Shown: positions 23,974 through 33,810 of the stretch, in pieces
Layout of the letters: each line of letters starts with the position of its first letter
How positions within the stretch are numbered: position 1 is the stretch's first letter
Assembly: GCF_018350175.1 (NCBI RefSeq)
Contig: NC_058369.1
Coordinates: 12,834,001-12,898,000 of the forward strand
Direction of reading: 5' to 3'
Origin: Felis catus
Taxonomy: Eukaryota
Length of the DNA stretch: 64,000 nucleotides
Made by a program: the position numbers and the translations under genes
Notes under the pieces: model-generated
Told to the model about the DNA's origin: nothing
Databases searched by the model: none
The model's input: only the letters and a program-made list of their open reading frames with translations

Positions 23974-24318
23974 GTATGTACATGTTCCGCGGGCCCACCC
24001 TGCATGTCTCCGGGCGTGGTGCATGCTGGGTTCACCTCGTGCCCGTGGTCTCCTAGGATAGACTGAGCGTGTCCTAACCTTCTGGAAGTGCATGCTGGGG
24101 GAGGCCCGTCGCCTGCTGCCCACCTGCGCTGAGGATGACTAATCAGCCGAGCACCGGCCACTCGGTCCCCACCTGATCCCCGGAGCAGCCTCACTAAGCC
24201 CACCCTTCCACGTCAGAACTAATCTCTCCCGGAGCCGTTCACACCACCCTCTCCCTCCCGTGAGCACTGAGCCCACCGTCCAGAGGGGCCAGCCAGACCT
24301 GCCGTTTGTCTGTTGCAG

Positions 24319-24461
24319 AACAAGAGCCCCAAGACCCCGGGAAGCAGCGTGGGCGGCCTGGAGGACCTCGGGGTGCTGCCAGAAGAGGAAGTGCCCAGCG
24401 GTGACGAGGACCGCGAGAAGGAGATCCTCATTGAACGGATCCAGTCCATCAAGGAGGAGAA
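24319..24461 (+). CDS. MYO9B: MYO9B exon (NKSPKT...IQSIKEEK), GC donor
   Basis: Frame with the next exon requires donor AA|GCAAGT. Confidence 0.93.
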
Positions 24462-25132
24462 GCAAGTGTCTCTGCCCCCTTCCTGCCCTCGGCTCTGCCG
24501 TCCGGCCCCCACCCCCAGGCCCCTCTGCCATAGCGGACCTGGCTGTTAGGAGGCTGACGGGCTAGGCTCGTTCCCGCCATCCAGTACCCACCTCGTGGGG
24601 TGCTGCTGTCCTAACACGCAGCCTAGCGCTCTGTTTAAACCCCACACTTGGCCACCGGGAACCGTGGTGGCCCACAAAGAAAGAAGGGGCAGCAGAGGGG
24701 TAATGCCCAAACTCTGCCTGGAAGTTGGTCTTAGCTGGAGTGACCAACCAGTCTGTCGTCCCGCCAAGACGTGTGAATAGGGCACCATTAACGTGCCAGG
24801 AGAACAGGTGTGACCCGGGCCACCCGGCCACCCTAGTCTTAGGAACAAGGTAGGGCGCGCCAGGCAGAGGGAACAACACTTGCCAAGGCCCTGAGGCAGA
24901 AGCAGGTCACTAGCTCAGTACAGGGCCTTCCCTCAGCAGCCTGACACATCCCTCCCATGAGTTTCTCCGGGCCGGCTGTGATTTGGGGACGGGTGTTGGG
25001 GGTGCTGGGAGCAGGGACTCCCATCCAGGACCAGGAAGGCCTGTTCTGCCCCCTACCCGGCGGCTGGCACTCTGGAGGGGTGGTCTTTCACCTTGGGAAC
25101 AGCCTTAGACACCGTGACCCCCTCATCCCCAG

Positions 25133-25260
25133 GGAGGACATCACCTACCGGCTGCCGGAGCTGGACCCTCGGGGCTCCGACGAGGAAAACCTGGACTCGG
25201 AAACGTCGGCCAGCACCGAGAGCCTGTTGGAAGAGCGGGCCGGGCGGGGGGCCTCAGAAG
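25133..25260 (+). CDS. MYO9B: MYO9B penultimate exon ([10 protein letters not shown]...GASE); read-through into the intron ends GQY* at 25271
   Basis: AG/GT bounded, 128 nt. Confidence 0.96.
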
Positions 25261-25380
25261 GTCAGTATTAAGGCGGCGTCTGCTTTTCTCCTTCCCGTGT
25301 CCACCACCGGCAGGCCCTGGGGCAAGGGTCCATCTACTGGCCCTGAAGCTGCAGTAACCCTGCCGTCTGTCTCTCAAAAG

Positions 25381-25796
25381 GGCCCCCCGCGCCTGCTCTC
25401 CCCAGCCCCGGCGCGCCCGCCCTGAGCCCCCTCCCCGTGGCAGCCGCCCCCCCACGACGAAGGCCGTCGTCCTTCGTGACGGTCAGAGTGAAGACCCCCC
25501 GGCGGACCCCCATCATGCCCACAGCCAACATCAAGCTCCCACCCGGCCTACCCTCCCACCTCCCTGGCCGGGCACCGGGTGCCCAGGAGGGTGCTGCCCT
25601 AGTGAGGCGCCGAGAGCCGCCCGCCCGCCGCCCGGACCAGGTGCACTCTGTGTATATCACACCCGGCACGCACCTGCCCGCGCGGGGCACTCGGGAGCCC
25701 GCGGACGAGGACGCCCAGCCTCCCGGGGCCAAGCGGAGGTACTCGGACCCCCCGACCTACTGCCTGCCCCCCACCCCGGGCCAGGCCAACGGCTGA
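25381..25796 (+). CDS. MYO9B: MYO9B last coding exon, Pro-rich tail (GPPAPALP...GQANG*)
   Basis: AAAAG| acceptor, open to TGA at 25794-25796. Confidence 0.95.
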
Positions 25797-26807
25797 GGGC
25801 CCACACAGTGCCAGAGGCCGCGTGTCTGAGGACGACCCAGTGCCGGAGCTGGGCGTGAGCTGCAGAGCCAGCATCTGGCCGAGAAGGATTCCGAATGAAA
25901 AGCTCCGAAAGCAATGTGAGGTGGGCGTCAGCTCCGAGCGCAGAGTCCAGGCGGGGAGAGGCCAGCCGAGGCCCCGTCGCCCTGGCTGGGCCCCCACATC
26001 ACACAGACACGCCCACCCAGAGCACCAAATCATGGTGGGCAGCCTGGCATCTCCCACCTCCCTTTTTGTTTTTATGGTAACTGTTTCTTCGTGCGTGGTT
26101 TACATAACTTCAAACTGTAACAGCCTTAACAAGAGACCAAATTGTTTTTTATACGTGTATGTACAAACTTTTATATTAACGCCCTGCATCGCCCTTGTAA
26201 CCTGGACATGAGTCTTTGGAGCAAAGCCCGCAACAGCCGCCACACGGAGGAGGCCCAGACTCGCGCTGAGGACGGCTCGGGGCCCGTGGTCTGAGGGCCA
26301 GGACCGTGCACAGGGGATTTGGACCCTTGGGGCACCTGACTGCCCCAAGTCCGTCTCAGACTCCTCCTCTGGCCCAGCTGGCAACCGGCCACCTGGCTGG
26401 CATGCACTTGAAGGAGCGTTGGAGCCTCTCTGGGGATCAAGGCTGGTGGTTGGAGTCAGGACACAGGGTGGTAGGCAGCCTCCGCCCGCAGCACCACAGA
26501 CCTCACATCCCAGGGAGACTTGAATGTGGCCGTCACTCTTCTGTCCACCACGCCCTGGACTCAGGAGGCTGGAGGAGGCCATCCTTGGCACGCCGCCCGT
26601 TCCGTGTGGCGAACAGGAGCCGCGACTCAGGACCACTCACCGGCAGGGAGGGCAAGGCCTGGGGTTGTACATTCCTACTGGTCAACAGTGATGATCTGGG
26701 GAATCTCCGGAGAGGGGCTTCCTCTCTCTCAGGCCTGGGTCGCTCCCCAGACACACGGCCACAGGTCTGGTACGAGAGGTGCCCCAGGTGCCCCACGAGC
26801 CGTGTGA

Positions 26808-26813
26808 AATAAA
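26808..26813 (+). terminator. MYO9B: MYO9B poly(A) signal AATAAA
   Basis: First canonical hexamer I found after the stop, followed by GT-rich sequence. Confidence 0.7.
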
Positions 26814-28189
26814 AAGTGCCTGAAAAGTGTTTGCGTGCAATTCCTGCTCGGACTGGTTCAGAGTTGGAGGAGCAGGGGTTGACAGGTGGGGCGGGGGAGG
26901 GGTCCACCCTGTGACCTCAGCCAAAAGGGGTGCAGGGCAGGGGGATGTGCCCCCCGGTCTGGGAGGACCTGCCTCGATTGTCCCACAAATGCTGCTGCTG
27001 GAATTTCACACGCACTCTGGGTGCTAGAGTGGTGGGCTTGCTGGAAGGGCTTGTTAATTGATCTGGAAATGGGGGTGAGGGGCTGGCAGAGCCTGTTGTC
27101 CTGGGAGCTGCCTCCTGGTGCCCTGTTTCAGCACCCAGCCTCTCCCCAGGTAGGGCTCAAATGTCAGCTGTAGGGGCCATCTGCCCTATGAAGGGCAACA
27201 GAACTAGAAACCACACACCCCCACCATCCCCTCTCAGACCAGCTCCCAGGCTGCAAATCAGATGGGCAGTTGTGGGAACCTGCTGGCAGGTGGGGTCCAT
27301 GGGGGTGGGGTGGGGGACAGTGAAGAACCCTAGTCCAGACTGCACATGAGGGAGAGTTGAGAGGCTTGTCCAAGGCCACGTATTTGGGATGGGACAGGGC
27401 TGGGATTCAGAACCTGCCTCATCTGCCCCCTGGATTCCTTCATCTACCCTGGGTTTCCTCTCCTCCATAGTATTTCTCAAGAACACCAGGCCCACAGGTG
27501 TGACCAGGACACAAGTGACGTGAGGAGTGGGAAGATGGATGAGGGCTGCATGACAGGCTCTAGTCCCTCTAAAGTCCCCCCTCCTCACCCGGTCTGCAAG
27601 CCTGGGGTGGGAGGAGCTCAGAGAATGGGCTTCAGCTGGAGGGCTGGGGACCCAGGTGGGTTCTCTCCATGAGGCCTGGTGGGTTAGGGGTGACCCCGCC
27701 CCACCTCTCACCCCAGGGCTAGCTAATGTTCCCCTGGAGGCAGGCTTTGTCACACCACCCAAAGTTCCACCCAAAGGAGGAACCGAGCCCAGAAAAATTA
27801 AGAAACCTCGCTCAAGGCCCCGGGGGGGGGGGGGGGGGTCAGCGTCAGACCCGGAAGAACATAATCACAAACTGGATGGGCCCCTAAGCCTTGGATTCCT
27901 TAGTCCCAGGGCCGTACCCCAGGAAGAACCGGGAAGGCTGCCTGGATACGGAAGAGCTCAGTATGAGAAGAACCCAAACAGGAGTGGGTGTGGGGGAAGG
28001 AATTCCGATCAGAAAGAAAAGAATAAGCAGAGGACGTATACTGCACATGGACCTGACCTCGAAGGATCCGGTCCTTTCAACCCTCCCGGAAGAGCTAAGA
28101 CGCCTGCGGGGGTGGGGGGGGGGGGGGGGAGGAAAGCGATTCAGTCCTGAATAAACATGGACAGCACAGCGCCCCTCCTTGAAATAAGA

Positions 28190-28320
28190 CGTTACTTCCG
28201 CCCCAAACAAAGATGGAACCGCGAGCGAGCGGCGGACGCGACCGGAAGAGGTCAAAACGAGGGCGCTTCCGACCTTTCCAAGATGGCGCCGGCGGAAGGG
28301 ACCGGGTACCGCCGAGAGGG
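28190..28320 (+). promoter_or_regulatory. USE1: USE1 CpG-island promoter
   Basis: CpG-rich; ETS/GABP-type ACTTCCG and ACCGGAAG; YY1-type AAGATGGCG at 28280-28288. Confidence 0.7.
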
Positions 28321-28321
28321 G

Positions 28322-28423
28322 ATGGCAGCGTCGAGGCTGGAGCTGAACCTGGTGCGGCTGCTCTGCCGCTGCGAAACGATGGCAGCGGAGAAGCGGGACC
28401 CGGACGAGTGGCGTCTGGAAAAG
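28322..28423 (+). CDS. USE1: USE1 exon 1 ([14 protein letters not shown]...WRLEK); in-frame upstream ATG at 28283
   Basis: Recognisable USE1 N-terminus, donor AAG|GTGAGG. Confidence 0.95.
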
Positions 28424-28748
28424 GTGAGGGAAACCTGTACTTCCGAGTACAACTCGACTCCCAGAAGGCGGCCTACGGGGCTGACGGCCACCGGGCCCGA
28501 CTCCCCAGTCCCAACAGCCGCTCTGGCCACGCCCCTTCCGGTCGGCTCCGCCACGTCCACCTGCAGCTCCCGCCCCCTTCCCTGAAGCTCAGCTGGCCCC
28601 GCCCCCCTGGGACGTGGCTCCTCCCTTTTCAGTCCTGCCCCGTCCTGGTCCCGCCCCTTGATGGCTCTGACCACCCCACCTTTGAGCGTTATTAGTGCGA
28701 GGATGGGGGGGGGGGGAACCAGGCTTACACCCCACTTTCCCTCCCCAG

Positions 28749-28798
28749 TACGTGGGAGCTCTCGAGGACATGCTGCAGGCCCTGAAAACCCAGGCAAG
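28749..28798 (+). CDS. USE1: USE1 exon 2 (YVGALEDMLQALKTQAS)
   Basis: AG/GT bounded, 50 nt. Confidence 0.95.
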
Positions 28799-28957
28799 GT
28801 GAGTGCCGGCGGCTACAGGGGCTTCAAATCAGGGATGGGAGTCGAGGCCTGAAGGCCAGCCCCTGTTGGGGAATCCCTGGGCTCCAGCCCCTGCTGACAC
28901 CCTTCCCAGAACTGGAGGCAGTGGGCAGGTTTTCTTTTTCCTCTTCTCACCTTCCAG

Positions 28958-29036
28958 CAAACCGGCCTCCGAGGTGATCAATGAATATTCCCGCAAGGTA
29001 GATTTCCTGAAGGGGATGCTGCAGGCAGAGAAGCTG
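28958..29036 (+). CDS. USE1: USE1 exon 3 ([10 protein letters not shown]...AEKL)
   Basis: AG/GT bounded, 79 nt. Confidence 0.96.
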
Positions 29037-29126
29037 GTGAGCAGGGGTACTCTTCTTCCTCGGCCCTCATCATGCTCACCTGCCCAGGACCTGCCCGTCC
29101 GGTGACCCCTTTTCCCTCTTCTGCAG

Positions 29127-29279
29127 ACCTCCTCCTCAGAGAAAGCACTAGCCAACCAGTTCCTGGCCCCTGGCCGTGTACCAACCACAGCCAAGGAGCG
29201 GGTACCCGCCACGAAGACAGTGCATCTGCAGTCCCGGGCACGGTACACCAGCGAAATGCGGAGTGAGCTTCTAGGCACG
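29127..29279 (+). CDS. USE1: USE1 exon 4 ([12 protein letters not shown]...ELLGT)
   Basis: AG/GT bounded, 153 nt. Confidence 0.96.
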
Positions 29280-29793
29280 GTAGGGCTTTCTCCCTGATCC
29301 CTGGGAACTCTTTGGTCAGGGACAGGAGATTAGTGCCTGTGCGTAGCAGAACCACCCCACCCTGGCAGGTGCAGGGACCCTAAGGGGCCCAACAGCCTCC
29401 ACCCTGGGCCCACAGTAGGCTTCCCAACAGAAGGGCCTAGACAGGACTTTGCTAGATATCTAGGAGTTTGGTACAAGGCGAAAATGGCACCTATCTCGTT
29501 AAGCCCCAGAGTTGGCCCAGAGCAACAGATAGACAAGTTTGCCACAGACAGACTGAGTTTATCTCATCTTGCCACAAGTGGACGAGTTTTTTCACCTGTA
29601 AAACAGGATGACAGGTGTCCTTTTGAACACTTTACGTGGGTCAGGTAAACCCTCAATATGAAGAAACTGAGGCACAGAGGTCATAGGACTTGCCCAGGGC
29701 CCTGACTAAGAGTGGGGAGTTTCCGAGAGCAGAAAGGACAGTTTGGGGGCATTACCAGGTAGGTGACTTCATACCTCTCTCTTTTTCCCATAG

Positions 29794-29806
29794 GACTCTG
29801 CTGGAG
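29794..29806 (+). CDS. USE1: USE1 exon 5, 13-nt microexon (DSAG)
   Basis: Strong pyrimidine tract plus TAG|, donor GAG|GTGAGT; needed for phase. Confidence 0.85.
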
Positions 29807-30245
29807 GTGAGTCAACCTGAATAAAACAGGACTTGAGGCTTAGCTGTCTGGGACAAGACATGTGCTGCCTCTTTCACCTGCCTCCTCCACGGTCTTCACA
29901 GCCCAGGGAGCACATCCCCAGGGGCATCACCTAGTTAAGCCTGATGGGGGTGCCAGGACAGAGGAGATGGGCCCCAGAGGAAATAAAGCCGGATACACCC
30001 AGCCCACAGGTTAGGCTAGCAGAGGGACCTGGGGCCTGGGGGAGCCCAGATAAGGATGAGGAAAACTTCTTAAAAGAGAGGGCATTTGACCTAGAGCTTT
30101 GAAGCATGATCAGGAGCTCACTGGGCAGCAGACAAGATAGGAAACAACATTATGAGTAGCAGACACAGCACAAGCGATGATCAGGAAGTTGGAAAACGGG
30201 AAACCAATCCTCTCTTTCTTCCTGCTTGGCCTTTTTCACTTACAG

Positions 30246-30273
30246 AGCCCGAGCTGGATGTGAGGAAGAGAAC
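30246..30273 (+). CDS. USE1: USE1 exon 6, 28 nt (EPELDVRKRT)
   Basis: Long pyrimidine tract, TACAG| and |GTGAGT. Confidence 0.9.
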
Positions 30274-30559
30274 GTGAGTGCCTTCAGCCCTTGGGGAGCA
30301 CTGGGGGAGGGGGGGGGCAGTATGGGGGGCTGGATGAACCTTGGGCCACTGAGGCACCAAACCATGAGGGCCACCACAAGCATCTAAACCATTGATCAGA
30401 AGCCACTTGTGGGGATGTTCTTCCTAAAAACCAAAGTAAAGAAGGGGAAAACTGAGGCCCAAGGAGGGCCGTGGCCAGAGCCATAACCTCTGGGTTCCTT
30501 GGGAACATGTTGGTCTCTTCCTATCCCACGCCTGCCTGTCCGCCCACGTGTGAGGGCAG

Positions 30560-30734
30560 TGGGGTGGCAGGGCCCAGGCCAGGAGATGAGAAACAGTCAG
30601 CAGCCGAACTAGACCTCGTCCTGCAGCGACATCAGAACCTCCAGGAGAAGCTGGCAGAGGAGATGCTAGGCCTGGCCCGGAGCCTCAAGACCAACACACT
30701 GGCCGCCCAGAGCGTCATTAAGAAGGACAACCAG
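30560..30734 (+). CDS. USE1: USE1 exon 7, SNARE coiled coil (GVAGP...KKDNQ)
   Basis: 175 nt, phase 2 to 0; purine-rich acceptor. Confidence 0.92.
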
Positions 30735-30975
30735 GTGTGAGGACTGTGGGGCCTTTTCAGCCTCTGCCCTGGGACGCCAGACAAGGCTTCCCAGCAGAGG
30801 GGCATGGGGGCCAGGGCTTTGTTGGATCAAGGAGTCTGACAGAAGGCAAAAGTGGACTTCCCAGCAGGGGGCGCAGTACCAGCCAGGGCCCAGAGGAGGG
30901 GACTTGCCCCAGGGTGGTGGCGAGAGGCCACGCTTGGCCGCAGTCCCGCTGACACTCTCCCCACCTGCCCCACAG

Positions 30976-31158
30976 ACCCTGTCGCACTCACTCAAGATGG
31001 CTGACCAGAACCTGGAGAAGCTGAAGACGGAGTCGGAGCGGCTGGAGCAACACACGCAGAAGTCGGTCAACTGGCTGCTCTGGGCCATGCTTGTTATCGT
31101 CTGCTTCATCTTCATCAGCATGGTCCTCTTCATCCGCATCATGCCCAAACTCAAATAA
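30976..31158 (+). CDS. USE1: USE1 exon 8, SNARE end and C-terminal transmembrane anchor (TLSHSLK...MPKLK*)
   Basis: Hydrophobic [21 protein letters not shown]; total CDS 783 nt = 260 aa. Confidence 0.97.
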   Translation, partial: TLSHSLKMADQNLEKLKTESERLEQHTQKSVNWLLWAMLVIVCFIFISMVLFIRIMPKLK

Positions 31159-31159
31159 A
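31154..31159 (+). terminator. USE1: USE1 poly(A) signal overlapping the stop codon
   Basis: CTC AAA TAA A contains AATAAA. Confidence 0.7.
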
Positions 31160-31535
31160 GACCTGTGCTGGCCCCCCGCATCCGTCTGCCCTCCACCCGT
31201 GTTCACGGGTGCCCTTTGGGCTAGGCAACAATACGGGAGGGTCTTTGCAGGTTCCTGAGAGCCACAGAGGATGCACGAGCCGGAGAGGAAGGTCAGTCTG
31301 GGAAGGGACTCAGAGGACCATCCCCCTCGGATTCCCCCCTGGTACCTACCCCACACTGCAAAAGGCCGGGTCCCAAGAAGCCCCAGGAGCCTCCGGTCTG
31401 ATAGAGTCGAAGGCCAACAGTGCCTTCAGCCCTGTGGGATCAAGGGGAGGGTGGGGGAGAAATGGGGCTATGCCTGGAGGTCGGCCTGGAGGAGGGAGTG
31501 TCCGTGCTGGGCTTTCCTTGAAACTGAAGATGATT

Positions 31536-31846
31536 GGGGCGCCAGGGTGGCTCAGTCGGTTGAGCGTCCGACTTCAGCTCGGGTCATGATCTCGCGGTCC
31601 GTGAGTTCGAGCCCTGTGTCGGGCTCTGTGCGGACAGCTCGGAGCCTGGAGCCTGCTTCAGATTCTGTGTTTCCCTCTTCCTCTCTCCTCCCCCGCTCAT
31701 GCTCTGTCTCTCTCTTCTCAAAAATAAATAAACGTTAGAAAAAAAAAAAATTTTTTTTTTAAATAGATCTTAAGGAGCACCTGGTTGGCTCTCAGGTTTG
31801 TGAGTTCGAGTCCCACACTGGGCACAGAGATTACTTAAAAATAAAA
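31536..31846 (+). mobile_element. CanSINE plus a short SINE
   Basis: A/B boxes, CT tract, A tail. Confidence 0.85.
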
Positions 31847-31899
31847 TTGGGGGGGGGGGGGAAACAGATCTTAAGAAGGCTCACACCTAAGTTGCAGAG

Positions 31900-32650
31900 A
31901 CGGGTCAACATAGCCACATTAACATATCAGGAAACAAAATCGTGGGGTGAATCAATGGCACTTTGGACCGTACGGTGTCCATTACTCAACATCTCTCAAA
32001 AAACATTAGGCAAAGATAGATATTCCCCTGATTTAACTGAAAAATCTCAAGCCAAAGACAGCATTGAATTTAATGAATAAATACAGGCAATTCTGCCATC
32101 AAAGTGAGGAAGGGGGAGATGGGAGGCCCACAGTTCACCCAACTCCCCCAGAGATTTGTCTGGAAGTGCTGGTCAATACAACTAGACAAGAAAGAAGAAA
32201 TGAGAAAAAAAGGCGGAGTTATTTGCGGATGATACGACTGTCTACATGAAAAACCCAAATAAAAAAGCTGTTTCAGTTAAGAGAATTAAATAAAACAGAA
32301 AAGGACTTACGAATACTTAGTTTCCCTCATGGGAAAAAAAAAAGTAAACTTATTGAAAGACCTCGCTTATAATAGTAAAACGAAAAGACACACTATTTGG
32401 TTGATAACCATCCTTGCTAAACAAAGAGCTCCCAAAAATCAACAACAACAAATTTGCAAGAAAACAGACAAATCGTTTCTGGGCTTTTTCTCTCACCAGA
32501 TGAGTCAAGACTTAAAACTCTGAAAACATACTTGGAAACCATAATAGCACTGGAGTTACAAAAGTTGTAGGAAAACCAGTATTTCTCTTACAGCGGGTCA
32601 GAGAATAATAATCTAGTGATTAGAGAAATAGTTTTAAAATATAATTTCTG
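31900..32650 (+). mobile_element. Degenerate old L1 ORF2 fragment
   Basis: A-rich; CTGGAAGTGCTGGTCAATACAACTAGACAAG...TTATTTGCGGATGATA resembles the L1 RT LFADD region. Confidence 0.55.
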
Positions 32651-32699
32651 AGTAAGCAGATAAGTACAAGTTTGCCAAAACCACCGGTGTTTCAGGCCA

Positions 32700-32879
32700 A
32701 AAAACTGAGAGTCGGAGGTGAGTCACCGGCTCTGTTGGACTCGAACCTGCGATTCAAAGGCGGATCCTCTTCCCTCATCGCCGGGCCCCGCCCCCACCCC
32801 GCCCACCCCGCCCAATCCCGCTAGGACCCGCCCCGCCCTGTGAAGCGACCCCTCCGGTTGTGTCCAGCCTTAGAAGTTA
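32700..32879 (+). promoter_or_regulatory. OCEL1: OCEL1 promoter: AP-1 site TGAGTCA (32719-32725) and GC-box cluster
   Basis: Repeated CCCGCCC at about 32786-32838 in a CpG island. Confidence 0.6.
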
Positions 32880-32948
32880 ATGCACAACCGGGACTCAGGC
32901 GCCTCTCCGGGAGCGGACCCAGGCTCGGAGACCCGGACGCTGGGACAG
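32880..32948 (+). CDS. OCEL1: OCEL1 exon 1 (MHNRDSGASPGADPGSETRTLGQ)
   Basis: Resembles the recalled human N-terminus; donor CAG|GTGACC. Confidence 0.85.
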
Positions 32949-33105
32949 GTGACCCCGGACGGGGGCGGTCCCTGCGGACTGCCGCTGGGGCGGAGGTCCC
33001 GGGGGGTCTTCTCGGGGGCGGTGTCCGAGGGCTTCACGCGCCGTAGTGGGCGAGGCTGCGGCCTCTCGGGGGTTAACTGGAGCCTGGCCGGCTCAGGGTA
33101 CGCGG

Positions 33106-33189
33106 TGACGTCACGGGCGTAGTGCTTTTCCGGGTTACGCAGCCAGGGGCGGGCTGCTCTGAGAGCCAATCGAGCGCGAGTATGCAAAT
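33106..33189 (+). promoter_or_regulatory. CRE (TGACGTCA), CCAAT and octamer (ATGCAAAT) module in OCEL1 intron 1
   Basis: Perfect consensus sites at 33106-33113, 33166-33170, 33182-33189. Confidence 0.6.
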
Positions 33190-33305
33190 AGCAACGGAGT
33201 CTGCGAGCTCGCGGGTCCGCGGAGAGTTGGCCGCTCCCGGTCCACCTGCCGGTGCGTCGTCCGACCTTGCCCGCCTCCAGGCGCGTCCTTCTGTCGCGTC
33301 CACAG

Positions 33306-33482
33306 GCAGCTCGCCGACCACCCCCGCCACGCGCGGGCCGCGGCGTCCCTCGCAAGACCCGCCCGCCGCCCCAGGGACGCCCGAGCGGCGCCTCCCCGAG
33401 GCGGATGCCTACCCGGGAGAGCCCCAAGACCCGCGGCTATCGGGGGGATCTGCAGACCCGCCCGCCTGGCCCTGGGCCCCCG
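33306..33482 (+). CDS. OCEL1: OCEL1 exon 2 (AARRPPPPRAG...GPGPP)
   Basis: CACAG| and |GTGAGT, 177 nt. Confidence 0.88.
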
Positions 33483-33610
33483 GTGAGTCTGGACGGGAGG
33501 AGGGCTCCCAGGCCGAACCTAGGCAAAAGATTCCTTCCCCGCCGTTTGAGGGATTCCGGCTTCCCCATACCCTGGTTAACTCCAAACCATGATTCCTGCG
33601 GCACCTGCAG

Positions 33611-33810
33611 CGACTGGTGCCTCCAGTCCAGGAAACCAGCCCTCCCCGCGCTCTGTGCGAGCCTCAACCAGGAGCCCACAGGGCCAGACCCAAGAAGATT
33701 GTGTTTGAGGATGAGCTGCCCTCCCGGGCCCTCTTGGGCACCAAGAAGCCTATTGAAGCCATCCCTGGGGGGCGTAGGCCAAGGCCCCACCCAGTGCCCG
33801 ACTATGAGCT
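33611..33810 (+). CDS. OCEL1: OCEL1 exon 3 (RLVPPVQ...KKIVFEDEL...PVPDYEL)
   Basis: CTGCAG| acceptor, |GTGAGT donor, 200 nt. Confidence 0.88.

Larger units (their letters stand above)
865..25796 (+). other. MYO9B: MYO9B gene body, 5'-truncated by the window (unconventional myosin IXb, motor plus RhoGAP)
   Basis: 28 phase-compatible exons giving class IX loop 2, converter, IQ motifs, C1 zinc finger, RhoGAP (GLYRKSG arginine finger) and Pro-rich tail ending GQANG*. Confidence 0.98.

Noticed and set aside
27656-28154. ORFs upstream of USE1
   Set aside because: No splice structure or domain; sequence resembles decayed L2-type repeat and G runs
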